Position numbers and translations under genes: made by a program. The notes under the pieces are model-generated. The model ran no database searches. It saw only the letters and a list, made by a program, of their open reading frames with translations, and was not told where the DNA came from. DNA of 53,217 nt, the filler included, from Perkinsus olseni (taxonomy: Eukaryota), in the NCBI GenBank assembly GCA_013115125.1. It is 2 parts of 2 records of this genome, joined end to end, with 100 filler letters (N's around TTAATTAATTAA, not from the genome) between each part and the next. Parts side by side here need not be neighbours in the genome. Positions count along the whole stretch, not along the records: positions 1 to 26,580 come from JABANN010000477.1; 1 more part is not named here. One strand, given 5' to 3'. Positions 1 through 12,394 of the stretch are shown in pieces; the stretch's first letter is position 1; each line of letters starts with the position of its first letter.

Positions 1-1640
1 TCTCATCTCGTGAGGATACGGTGGACTTTCTCCACCACTCCCTGTCAGTGACAACCGTCGACTCGTACCGCACTGCTAGAAAAGGGTATGAAGCCATGGG
101 CTTGTCCTTCCCTATCTCTCGAGACCAACTGTGCTTCTACATACGTGGTATGTGTGCGGCAAGTGACGTTTCCGGCAGTGCGCTCCGTAAATATGTATCT
201 GGTCTCAAGAGCGTTAACGAACTTTTGGGCTACCCGTGTTTGTCACCCGAAGATTGGGGCATCGTAAAGCGAGCTCTCACTGCGGCTGACAATGTAATCG
301 GCCCTCGTCAGACCAAGCAAGCAGCAATCATTCCAGAGGATGTCTCTAAGTTTCTCTTCGAGACGCGTGGTAGCTTCTTCGGTAAACTGGAGGCTGCTCG
401 TGACGCCGTGTTGACTGGCATCTGCCTTGGGTTGAGACCAGGAGAGTTGCTTGGTATCAGAGCACGCGATATACACTGTGGCTCCGGTTCTATGGATCTC
501 CTTGTCACTGTCAATCTGGGTAAGACTAAGACGCGTCGCCTTGAGCGAGTTGAGGTCAGTTGTCGTCTCCCTACTACTGCGTGTACAGCCACAGGGGTTT
601 GGTGTGCAGCGCATCGGCTTCAACACCTTCAAGCTCGTACTATCCCGGATATGCGTATCTTCCACAAGATTGCTACGAGTTTTTCCGCCTCGGTCCGTGA
701 GCTGGTCGGCTACCTGCCACCACGCATTCCACAGCAGAGCCGTGATCAGTTTCTCGAATTCACTGGCCACTCCTGTCGCCGTACGTCGGCGACGTATCAA
801 CTACGCTCAGATGTCCCTCGTGCGCAAATCAAACGGAATTGTCGGTGGCGCACAGATGGCATGATAGACGTCTATACATCGGAGGAACTTGGGTTAACGT
901 CACGGAATGCGGCCGCTGAGGTGCGTAACCATGCCTGTTCGACCTCCTCGACACACCGTTGACTGGATTCCGCTTAGCTCGGGCCGATATTATTCGTGAG
1001 CGATGATGATACTAAATTAGAAGTGTGCGGTTTAATTGTTTCAGTGGTCCATTTTCTATGTTGTGTTCATCCCCAGTTTCTCGTTTTGAGTTGGGGAAGG
1101 GCTACGCCAAACCGAGCACTGAGGATGGGTTGCTTGCCTTGGGGGCATACTCCCTAGGTAGTGTATCCTAGGGGGCATGCGACAGAGTACATCGCAGGTC
1201 GATGCAACTCTGCCAATCAACCCAATCCGCCATGCTTCTTGAGTTAATGTAATAGGCGTTGATGTAGCTTCTCCTGCCCGCCTTTTGCTCGTCAAGGAGA
1301 ACGGGTGAGGGGCGTATCGAAGCTAAGCTGAGCTAACGCCTGCATACGTCACGGGGCCATCCACCGAGCAGTTCCTCTGATGTCGGGCCAAGGGCGAGTG
1401 AGTAGCATGGTTGTTGATAGCATGTCAACCAATTCATCGACAGCAGCTCGAGATTCTCGAGCACCGTATTACACCACCCGTACAGGGCCCTAGCGGAGCG
1501 TCGGACGTATGCGTGCACTGCAAGGTTGTGACGCGACTCACGACACGCGAGCACATAGCTGATAGCTGCTGTTCATCGTGAGGTCCAACGGGACGCTCCC
1601 TAGCGGGCATCGGCATGTTAGCCAACACCGTCTGAATGCT
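1..1640 (+). mobile_element. 3' portion of a YR-encoding mobile element (DIRS-like retrotransposon, or Crypton)
   Basis: An intronless YR ORF is followed by ~0.65 kb of non-coding tail with short repeats (gcttagct ~971 versus inverted agctaagc 1321; cctagcgg ~1489 and ~1599). The right boundary is a guess and no RT is visible in the window. Confidence 0.55.
3..962 (+). CDS. Tyrosine recombinase (DIRS/Ngaro-type retroelement YR), probably 5'-partial
   Basis: The ORF has the catalytic residues in order: R (GLRPGELL), K (GKTK), HxxR (HSCRR), W (CRW) and Y (IDVY). The N-terminus (SLSVTTVDSY...SALRKYVSGLKSV) resembles the core-binding domain of DIRS YRs. It is intronless, and the frame is open back to the window edge (S-S-R-E-D-T from base 3). 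Confidence 0.88.
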   Translation, partial: SSREDTVDFLHHSLSVTTVDSYRTARKGYEAMGLSFPISRDQLCFYIRGMCAASDVSGSALRKYVSGLKSVNELLGYPCLSPEDWGIVKRALTAADNVIGPRQTKQAAIIPEDVSKFLFETRGSFFGKLEAARDAVLTGICLGLRPGELLGIRARDIHCGSGSMDLLVTVNLGKTKTRRLERVEVSCRLPTTACTATGVWCAAHRLQHLQARTIPDMRIFHKIATSFSASVRELVGYLPPRIPQQSRDQFLEFTGHSCRRTSATYQLRSDVPRAQIKRNCRWRTDGMIDVYTSEELGLTSRNAAAEVRNHACSTSSTHR

Positions 1641-1706
1641 CCAACCTTCGCGTTCATGGCATAAATCTGGTCTATGCAGGGCTTTCCGTTTACTTTCTGT
1701 GCGACT

Positions 1707-2510
1707 ATGATCTCGCCCGTCTCGACTTTGCTAATAGCCGCTCATGCTTTGGTTACCATCTCTACGGCTCAGGCAGTTGGCAAATTCGTTCACGAGGCAT
1801 CCTACTTCACGGCCACCTACGATGTGAACGAGGAAGGTCAAGCGATGCTCACAATCGTTCTCAAGAATTGGCGAATTAACGGGCAGGCTGTCAAGTTTCC
1901 TGGCCCTAATAAGTTTACCAGCCAATTTTTCCCGTTGCGCGAGCTCGATTATTCTATCTATACTGTCGACTCCAGGAAGGCGGGTCACACAGGTGACGAT
2001 GATGGTTTGGATGAGTCTATCAGAGATGTCTTGGTATTCTCTGGAGCCACTGACGGTTATCCCTTAGGGCCCGAAGATTTCACCACCATCAAATACTCCA
2101 CCGCTGATACTTTCACCAGCACCTTCGGCAGCGAAGTCTTAGCATTCACAAGAATTGCATACGACTTGGTCCCGGGTAACTTCGTTTACAAGGACACGGC
2201 TGCTCCACATCACTAGATTACCTACACCATACGTGATGGTGGTATTCTGGGGATCAAAGTCAAGTGTGGGAAGTATCGTGAGTCCAGTGGGCCTCTTAAA
2301 CTCGCTCCCCGCTATCATGATCAACGCCGCGTTTGCTATGAAGTGGAGTCGACCAGAAGGAAGAACCTCGACAGATTTCTTTACAGGGCGAGGCGAATTT
2401 GCCCATCGAAGTTCTCCACCCCGGCCGCGCTATCACAAGTGGTGTTCGCCACTAAGAAGACGATCTTCGTGCCTTTTGAAGGAGGCACCTTGGTTTTGAC
2501 GAAGGTCTAA
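1707..2510 (+). pseudogene. Signal-peptide protein with two tandem similar domains, interrupted by an in-frame TAG (2214-2216)
   Basis: The N-terminus MISPVSTLLIAAHALVTISTAQA is signal-peptide-like. The same frame continues past the TAG as ITYTIRDGG...FEGGTLVLTKV to TAA at 2508-2510. The halves mirror each other (VGKFVH..TATYDV...FGSEVLAFTR versus PGNFVY..ITYTI...FEGGTLVLTK). Confidence 0.65.
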
Positions 2511-4039
2511 ACCTCTGATTCTAAGGGATCTACCTCTCCAAGCCGCAGCGATCTAGCTAGAGTTAGTCCTACCCTATTCGTTACAGAGGGTCGATTTTCA
2601 ATAACACTACGCTCGAGTAGTCTGTGAAATATCAAGTTGGTATTACCAACGCGGTTATTCGCAACTTTCACGCCGATCGCGCATATCCTGTCGTGTCTGC
2701 TCCAGTCTGAAGCCTCCAGACACTTGGACTACGTCCATCAGTTTTTCAGCAAACTCAGCCACGTCAGTAGCATGTTTTCAAGTTGAACCCCGATGGATAC
2801 TACTGCGAGCCGGTATCGCAGATAGACTGTTGCTATACCCATTACTTTCGTACGTTGTAGTTCACGAGCCATCCACTCGCTGTTCGAACTCCTAACTTTG
2901 AAGTTTATCAGACTTTTCGACGTATCAGACTTTTCTTACTTCTAGAACGGCTGTTGCGCTAGGGTGTAACGCCAAGGGTATACACCGGGCAACAAATCAT
3001 TAGAAAATAGGGGGTTTTCAGCATTCTGTCCTTCCACGAAATTGTCTCGCAACCAGGGCTAAGTGAGTGTGTTTATATGCTGCGCAGGACATATCCTTCA
3101 AGTTTGAAGGCAATACTCTTCATGGCTGGGCAGAAATCGAAAACTTGATCCATTTCAAGGCATTTTTTTGAAAATCACGGCTCGGGGCGAGCAGTGAAAT
3201 CGCATGTTTCAACAGTGAAGCGTAATTGATGTTCAGATACCATTAAAACAGCGCACGGCAATTGAGAGGGCACCTAACAAATAGCCTAACCCAAAAAGGT
3301 CAGACCTTACTACCTTACTACTTGGGCTGAATTTTCGATTCAAATTGTTTAGTTTTTTTTCCGCTGTTGGAAATCGCATACGCCTTGTCGATTATTTTGG
3401 TTATACAATTCCTCACGGCCCCTCAGAGCAAGAAACCAAAAAATGAGAAGCTCTCTAACGCCCCTCGGAGTTCCCCAGAAGATCCCAGCGGCCCCGCCAG
3501 AGCCGGCAGCTCACCTTTTATCAGAAGCAGCCTCCTTCGACCCCACATAGTATGTGGCACATACAATCTTGACTCAGTATAAGGTCGTTATCATCACTGA
3601 CAGCATGTAGGTGGCAGGCCTGATCATGATAGAGTGCTTCGAAGAAGAAATAGTGCTTGTCCAACTCCGAGGAGGACACCCCCGCAGGCATCAAGAGAGA
3701 GAGGCAAAAACACTCAACACAACTTCAACAACATCATCCACAGCTAGGAATTCATATTATGTGTGAACTCCCTCCGCATCTTCCCAATATTAAAAGGAAC
3801 TTCTCAAACGGACTTGATAACACGACAACCACATTCTACCCTAGTCACAGGTAGATACATAGAGTGCAGATAAAGGGTGAATGGATTTGGTGTGCATCAC
3901 AGTGCTTGTCAGTTGAGGAGCGATATGCTCAACCGACAGGTAGTTGCCACTATTAGCACCACGATGAATGGTGTTATAGTACCCCTCATTCCCAATCAAT
4001 GGATCTATCAATGGTGATAAACTGCGTAGACTTCAAACT

Positions 4040-4282
4040 ACTAGCGATACACTGTCAACTAGTGATACACTGTCAACTAGTGATACTAGTGATACACTGT
4101 CAACTAGTGATACTAGTGATACACTGTCAACTAGGGATACACTGTCAACTAGTGATACTAGTGATACACTGTCAACTAGTGATACTAGTGATACACTGTC
4201 AACTAGTGATACTAGTGACACACTGTCAACTAGTGATACTAGTGATACACTGTCAACTAGTGATATCAGTCATACACTGTCA
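4040..4282. repeat. Minisatellite of 27 nine-bp blocks (A=ACTAGTGAT, B=ACACTGTCA)
   Basis: Read directly: AB AB A AB A AB AB A AB A AB A AB A AB A A'B, 243 bp = 27 x 9, with few substitutions. Confidence 0.95.
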
Positions 4283-4599
4283 GGTCAATTCAGTGGGAAG
4301 AACCAAACACGAGCTACAACTGCATTTCAGCTTAACTATGTCTTCTGAAACTGAGACAGACGAAGGACGCGGAACAGACTGCCGGGAGAAAAAGAAGGTG
4401 AAGGCTTTCGACCATACTCCAACACAACAGAACACTAGTCGAGAAAGAGGCCGATCATGACAGCATGGCGCCGTATCCAAGGTTAACCCTCGGCGGACAC
4501 GCGTAGCTCTTCCACCATCCGTAAGTGGTCCTTCATACCACTGAAAGCCTCTCGAATCTGAACCCTATCGCTGGCTGATGTAACTGTGTCCACCAAGAT

Positions 4600-7500
4600 T
4601 CAGAATACGACAATTGATGGTGAAACGGTTCCGAAACGTTGTCTATCGACTTTTGCTGTTATTGCCAGTACATTTTCCAAAGTTCATTAATAAGCTCATC
4701 GAACTAAGCAAAAAAAGGTGATTTACATAACGGTACGCTCCACACTGTAAGCACGCAAGCCATCCTGTCCCCTAGCGTCCGTTACTAATGTATTCATAAA
4801 GATCAGACTTCTATCAGTATCACTTATGTTTGGGTGGTAATAACAGCTTCCCTCTCCTCCCACCATCTCGTCAATCCGATCGAACTCTCTGACCTTCTCT
4901 TGCGTACCAGCAGACGTCTCAGACGATGGGGGAAGCACAGCCGTACGAACCGCCTGAGGCCTCTGTGTTCGTCACCCAACCACGGCTCAACCATCGCGGG
5001 GCGGAAAAATTCAGCGAAGGCCCGGACGCCGGCAACCCGGGACTCAAGGCCACTATCACGTATCATTGATGTGTCAGCAGCCGGAAGCGGCGCCCTCTGT
5101 GCTGAGAGACGTGGCGATTGTCCCATGTACAGTACGATGTATAAGGGAAGCTTCTATCGCGTAGCCGAGCACACACCGCTTTACGTGGAATCTTTCGACT
5201 GCGCGATTGACCATGGCAACCTTCTTCGCGCTGTCTCTAAAGCCAGTAGATTTCCGATCAGCCACGATGGCCTCAGCGCGTAGTTCCTCCCACTCTCCTA
5301 GAGAGAGCTCTCGCCACGGATCAGAACAGGGCGGGCATTCCTGAAATACCGCAGGTTCGATTCCCACACCCGGCATTGTGTTCTCACCACATCCACAGGG
5401 ACCTTCGCGTCCCAACCACCGCCATAACCATTCTCTTCAGCGCGTTCTGCATAGGTCAACCTATGATACTTATGATAAACATCTCGCATCTTCTCCAGAC
5501 GATCCATGAATCGATCAACCATCCACGTGTACCTGTGTTGTGATGTCTCTCTCTCGCTCGGCTTACGGTTCATATCTCGCTCGCCTTTACGCAATTTGCA
5601 ACTACCGGTAACGACGCCGACGACTTCGACGTGGAGGTCGTCGGGGAATGGATCCCGAGGTCTAAAAAACCTCGGGTCCGTACCCCCACGGCCGCCGAGG
5701 TGGCTGCGATGCTCAAGGGAAACCCTTGGGGCATCTCCCAAGGGGAAATAGACGCCAGTCTATTCCCCCAGCGTCGCAGCTCGCCTACTGCTACTACTAA
5801 CGATGCCGAGCGTGTTGACGACGAGGAGGAAGGAGCCGAAGGGGGAGAGGATGTGATAGGTAGGCGGGCGGGAAGGTTCCTGGTGAGGCCGGGCGCCCAA
5901 TGGGACAGGGCCGAGTTAGGTCTCCTCGAGAGGGGACTGCTCGACCCGGCCCTGCGACGCGTGCGGCACCGGTGGAGCAAGATCTGGGCCCGCTACTTTC
6001 GCGGGTCCAGGTACTAGCTCCGCCGGCCCAGGGCCTTGTACGACAGGTACCTGAGGTCGTATGCCCCGGCTTTAAGCCGGGGTGACCTCTCGTGCTTTGT
6101 CATTGTCGAATCGACAATGTCGATCCTACCCCTTTCCTCCCCTCAGGTCCTAACCTCCCCTGCTCTGACTCGTCTGCTCCCCCCAGCCCCAGAGCCCCTA
6201 TGACTCCCCCCACTCCTTTCTCGGAAGTCCGTTTTGACTTCTGATTCGAGTAGCTACTGTTCATCATCATCCGTTCTTCTTTGTTGTGTTCGGGTCCCGA
6301 ACACAACAAAGAAGAACGGATCCCGACCATCCCGAACTTCGGGATGGTCGCTCCTCATTATCTTCCTTTTCAGGTTTTCAAGTTTTTTCCACAATGTCTC
6401 TTACCCCGTCCCCCCGTCTCCCCCATCCCCAAGCGCCACCGCCCCGACGAGTCCACCACCCTCCCCTTCAGTCTCTCCTACTCGGAGGAGTCATCATCCG
6501 GAGCCCCTGACCCCTCCTACCTGGCTGACCCTCAAGGAACCCCTACGATCACAACCCGAACGTCAGAACTTCCCGCTCGCCTGTATTTCGGTGCAGTCAC
6601 AGTAATTTCGGATTGTATTTGTGCAACGTTTACGTATACCGTGTAGAAGAATCAGATTGAAACTCTCCGTAGTTATCGAGAGATTAAGCTTATTCCAAAT
6701 TAATGTGCAGCACTGCAGTTCCCGATGTTCCCGCGGGAACGCTCCCGAAACTCAGGAGAGACGGCAGTCTGCCAGAGCAGTAAGCCTGCGGAGCGCACAT
6801 AACCGTCGGTAGGCATGTCGCGAGCACTGTAACTATATTCCTGCTTGAAAGATATTCCAAATTAATGTGGAGCACCGTAGATGATTCCATGTCCATAGTT
6901 CAAGTTGGACAGACTCCCAGGCTTCACCTAGGCCTGGTGCGATCCCAACGGATAACAGCATGCCAACCCTCACAAAAACCACACTACTTAGCTCGGAACT
7001 TCTCTGCTCCTACCGGCTTCGTCAAAACACGTAACACCAAGAACTCCCTCGGATCAATTTCTGAGCATCAACCTCGACCGATCCTCGCACAAGCTACCGC
7101 GATAGACTCACCATCCGGGTCATCAAAATCATCACACTGGCCAGAGTATATCGACGCGAGCTCAAAGAAGTATCTATTCCTCAGGCCAATCTGCCGAGAC
7201 AAGTGAAAACGCTTTCCCAGACTACTTTTCCACTGGTTTAAGATCTTCCGAAATCTCGTTTGCCTCGTCTACCGCCGGGCAGAGCTCCTCCAACACTCTC
7301 ATCACCCCCTTCCATGCACTTCCATTCACCCGTGACAACTGAGAGAAGTAAACCAATTTCACCTTCATTATTAGCGGTACTATTTTCGCGGAAAAACCTT
7401 CCCTGTGATTTCACCGCATTTCTAACTCCTGCGAGACCGAAACGCAGACACAATGACTAACCATAGTTTAGGTTTTTACTGCGTCTGATACCAAACCATA

Positions 7501-10500
7501 CGTATCACCTCTTCCCGCAGGCCGTCAAGGGTGCGCGAAAATCTCCGATAAGCCTTTGAAGTTTCCAACTCCTCCCAACTTTCCCCCAAATCATCCGGTA
7601 TCGGAGGCGGTGGACTGAGGGGCACCTAAGTAACGAGAAGAGAATGACCCTCTCTCCAACTCTCTCAAATCGCAACGCCATTACCACCAGGGCCATAGTG
7701 AACGCTCGGCCAAAGACAATCCGATCGCCATTACGCAGCATCACCGTCCCTTGCACAACCTTCCTATTAACCACCACTCTACACTTAGAAGGTGATCCAC
7801 AGAGTTTCAGCTCAACCTAAAGACCAGCCAAAATCATCCTCGAAATACCGTAACTTCTCGCAAAAGTCTTTCTACACAGACATAGACAAGTAGGTTGATG
7901 CTGCCATATGTAAAATTATTCAATATTCGAACGACATTTGATTTCGTTTTGACACTAGCTTCCTTAACTTTTGGCACTTGATCTAGCTCGGCCGAAAAGC
8001 AATGTCCACAGCTGACAATGGGAGCGAGACCGTGCTGATGAGATCAAAATTTTGTGATCAAATCTATCAAATCAATCGATCGATCGATCGATTTGATCAA
8101 ATCTCTAACCTCGAGATTTGACCTCATTACTAACGAGTCAATGTTTATCCGTTGTGGTCAGAAATTCGTGAAGAATTTTCGAGCAGGTGTAAGTTTCATA
8201 ACAGCTCTTCCTCCAGTTCTCGTCGAGCAAACTTCCTCTTAGACTTTCTGTGGTCCAGAACAAGTTTCGCAGCGACTTCACATTTCCCCACTCATTTCCC
8301 TTCCACCTACGGGCCGGTTTTTCCCGACTAGCTACCATTTTCAGTTAATATTACTTCAAGGAAAATGACAGGATTGAGCCAATCAGATTATTCCCGAATA
8401 AAACCAAATTTCGAATTTCATTCCGGATACTAAGCGACATAAATTGCAGCAAGCTTCATGTATGTCCAGCAACAAGATACCATTCTATACAACGTCTTAA
8501 TAACCATCCTATTCACAAGCAGCAGAAGGCCCACCCGCAGCACCTCTTTCCCCTCCTCCGTCTCCAAAGTGGCCAGGTGTCTGGTCATACCCAACCCTTG
8601 CAGGACTATCCGGTTGTCAGGTGCGGAGCCAATCGAGACGACTGTCTTAAGAGGAATCCGGTAACTGGAAAACGAATGGTGATGAAACTCGCGATGAATG
8701 TTACATGAGTCGACCACTGAGAAGGGGATCTGGAGACACGTTGTGAAGATACGGCATTCGTCCTTCGCCAGCTTCAACCTAAGATACCCCATGCGATCAG
8801 CAATCCGCGGGGCTATCACCTCAGCCAGACCGTAGTTGTTGAGGAGCCTTTGGCGCTCCACTGCGAGCCGCTTCGCGTCCGCTAGTTGATTTTCGAACCT
8901 GATCGGGAAAAAATTATGAAAGCGTTTCACCCAACACTACGCTTCACCTCCCCTTCATTGACTGCATCACTTTCTCACGCATCTTTAGCTCATCTTGGAG
9001 CTGCTCATGAATCTCAGGGTCGACTAAAGATACCACATCACTGTGAAACGGCAAATCACACCAGCCTGGCCCTCAAGAAAACCCCGTCCGATAAAAATCT
9101 GGGAACTGATGAAATTTCTTTCCAAAATCTCCATACCGCCCCAATCGTAACTCCGATAAAAAATATCCTCCCCCCCCAAAACGATATTGAGCCGCCTACT
9201 CTGATTCTCCTCTCGCTCAACCGCCAACCGTCGATGTTCGTCCACTTCCCTTTTCAAATTCCGTATTTCAGCTTGTAACTCCTGCACCATATCTATCACT
9301 TAATCGATACCATCCTCTCCCTTCATCACACCCGCATACTTTGGGTTCCGAAATTTTGACGTGCAGATGTCTTGATTGTCTTCACACTACTCGCGAATCT
9401 CAGTGTACCTAACGAGCTTCGCTCCGCTCACCATTTGAACTTTGATTTCGCAGTTTTTCCGGAGTGAGTCGAACCTCCCATTCTCCCAGACTCCTGCGCA
9501 GCCAGTTATGGCGGTCTATGACCATTTCACCTGGGATTCTTTCACTCGCCAATAATGTTATCGAACCTCCCTAGCGGCCTCTCGCAAGCATCAGACTTTT
9601 CCAATTAGTAGAAGTAATAGCATTAAAACTAGCGGACAACGTTCAGCCAGCCACTTTTACTACCCAGAGTCTCTTCAGTCTCCGACGATGACGGACTGAT
9701 CGCAGCCAGCATGAACGTGCGGCTGTTCCCAGAAAGGGAGTCTTTCAGCAGGAAGGTCAACTTAGAGTTCCGGAAAGGAATATGATACTCTCCAGATGCT
9801 GAACGACACATCATCGATAGCCAGTCGCCACCCCCAACCATGCTACACCATCGGCCCGCCTTCTCCGCCAACTCTCGAATGCAGACACCCAGGTTAGTTA
9901 AACTCTGATTGATTGCAGTGCCTTCCCTCAGCCTCTAAACCGATCAGAGCAACGAGCTTTTCATTCTTCATAGCCCAGTGAGCTCCGACGAAACGAAGAA
10001 GTGGAGAAGATGAGTTAGCTCTGCCAGACTACTCATTTTCCTTCGTAAAATAAAGTTTTACTCCCGGCATAAGATACACTAAAAATGAATGGCAATTGGT
10101 TTGCGCTTTGCGAGAAACGGCATTTCACGTCCGACGGGGAAAATTTTCAATGTTGCTGTTGGGAAGTGAGTTCCGCTGCTTCCACGCTAGAGGACAATTC
10201 ATAGCGGAGGATAATTACGGCACGCGTCTAGGCCAACTTGAGTACCAGGACGCGAATCGGCCAGGTGATCGCGACGAGTAGGGAGTACCTCTCCAGAATG
10301 CAGAGCGAAATTGCGTTAAGGTAAGCCCATCGTCTCAGACACTTCGCAGAGAAGGAAGTAGGTGAGAACTCACGAGGGCTCGGTGTCTTTATATTAAATA
10401 AAGATATGATATCAAGCTACATCATTTCACATCCTAATAATCATACTTTATTAGTAATTATGCGAGGACAAATAAACTACTTTGTACAAGGCGAGTATCC

Positions 10501-12394
10501 TAGGTTGACCCTTGTACTACATACATCCCCATCAGCTCCCGTCTTGCTCGTCCTCTCACTGCCAGACAAGTCCACCAAGTTCAGCCGCGAGTTCAGGGAT
10601 ACCTGTATCCCACGCTCAAACGACTAATCTTCGCTGTGCGCAGTAGGCGTATCTTAGGTCGAAGCTGGCAGCACGTAGGAGTAAAGATACCCTGGTCATT
10701 CGCTCAGAACCCAGAACATGTCTACCTTAGCGTCGCCACACTCTTCTCCTTTCCCGTGATCATCCCTCGCGCTCCCTGATACAACGTCGACCATATAGCT
10801 CTCCACCCTCCCCGAAATCTTAGCGCGCGCCCCGGTAATCGATTTTCATATTACTTTCGAGCCTCAGTGTAAAAACAGCATGACTTCGACTGCTATGAGA
10901 ATTCATATTAGTAGCCCCGACCGCGCGCCGCTTAATTCCGTAGTCCATCAACCTTTGCACCTGATTTCTAATTGTTGGTTATAATACCGCTCCATCCGCG
11001 ACTCTTCTCCTACCTCATCCACGCTCTCCACGGGACACTCGGATATGCCCGGAACCACTACACCGTACTTGGGATGCTCGAAAATCTGCAATACCTCCCC
11101 TTCCGCAACTCCTCCTACAGAACCCGTATCAACCACGCATCGACCTAAGATACTCTCACCCGCACTGAGCAGATCTTGAATTCTCTCATTATATATTTCC
11201 AGATAAGATACCCACACCTTCGTCTCCCCTACAACTTCTCTTTTTTGCAATACCACAACTTCACCATCTCCTACCAGTCGTGTCGTGCTGCATCGTATCA
11301 AACAGGCTTTCAACTATCCTCGGTATGATACCATCATCGCCATCACGCCCCATCATAGTGTATGATTTGCCCGACCCAGTTTGACCGTATCTTCATCAGC
11401 ACCGTTAAGTTCAACAACCAAGCTGCTTAGGTGCGAGTATTTCGGAAGCTTTGGAGAGTCAAACTTTCCAGAAAACTAGTTTTTTCTCATCTCTCTCCTT
11501 TTCCGGAATATGTTAGTGCTGTCAGTTGCGCTTCTAATTCTAGGGGTTTTGCTATTCTTTTTCACTTCGTTGCTTGTAATGCCACCAGCAGCTAATAACT
11601 TCCTAAGTCATAGCCTACTTAGCCAACAGTCCTTTTTCGCCATCCAACTTCAATTTAAGACTATTTCTCGCCCCTCCCTCTTTTCTCGCCCGATCATCTA
11701 ATTCTCGCCGAAACGATTTTCCTGTCCACTTTGTCATCTCAGAACCAACCCGCCAAATTTTATACGCAGAATCGGCTACACCCGCGAGACTGATACTGAT
11801 CAACCTAAGATTCTTCCACCACCCTACTACCATACCTACGCAAAGAGGCAGCCATTATAACCAACCAGACCTTGCCTCAATATCTCCGATCCTATGTCAC
11901 TGTACCTACCACATTTCGCCCAAATCATACACCCACGAACCCTCACAACTGCTACACTTGCTCCTGTGCCGCATACTCCTCATCCTCACTATCCACCATA
12001 CTGTTATAACAATAGTCGAACTCAAACGACCTCGGCTTATCAGACGCCACCGTGATCGTTCGAGCTGAGAACCAACACTCCCAGATCCGAAAGGGAGGGA
12101 CACAGAGCGTCGAGACGAAATTTGCATCCTGACCGCTCCGTCGGGATGACTGGAAATACTGTAGTCACACTCTGTAGATCAAACTACGTTGAATATCACT
12201 TTCTACTTCAATAACGCGAAAATTACAATCCGTGATGGCCGTAAAAATATTTACTGTACCGAGAATTAGATCAATCTCTGCATACCAACACAATCCCTAC
12301 TGCCGATTTCCACCGCCGGTTTCGTTTTTCCCAGCCTCTTTTCTCGCTCGCTGAACGGTCGCACTCGCGCCGCTACTTTAATATGATCTCCCAT
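4600..12394 (-). CDS. Kinesin-3 family motor (KIF1/KIF13-like) with FHA domain, multi-exon
   Basis: Motor exons: [100 protein letters not shown]. Kinesin-3 features follow: [14 protein letters not shown], an FHA domain ([15 protein letters not shown]...[10 protein letters not shown]), [11 protein letters not shown] and [12 protein letters not shown]. The 3' end (~4600) is tentative. Confidence 0.9.

Noticed and set aside
4040-4282. CRISPR-like array
   Set aside because: There are no unique spacers and no cas genes, and the context is eukaryotic.
3999-4460. ORF with (LVIHCQ)n repeats and antisense (VSLVDS)n ORF
   Set aside because: These are by-products of the 9-bp minisatellite lacking stops in those frames, with no other coding evidence.
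4481-4500. TTAA-CCCT piggyBac-like terminus
   Set aside because: No matching opposite terminus or transposase was seen.
10649-10690. Inverted GTATCTT...AAGATAC pairs (also ~18590-18632) as a mini-MITE or recombinase site
   Set aside because: The arms are only 7-8 bp, and the 18590 arm is coding sequence (RIL of the RRM). The single dispersed motif explains it better.
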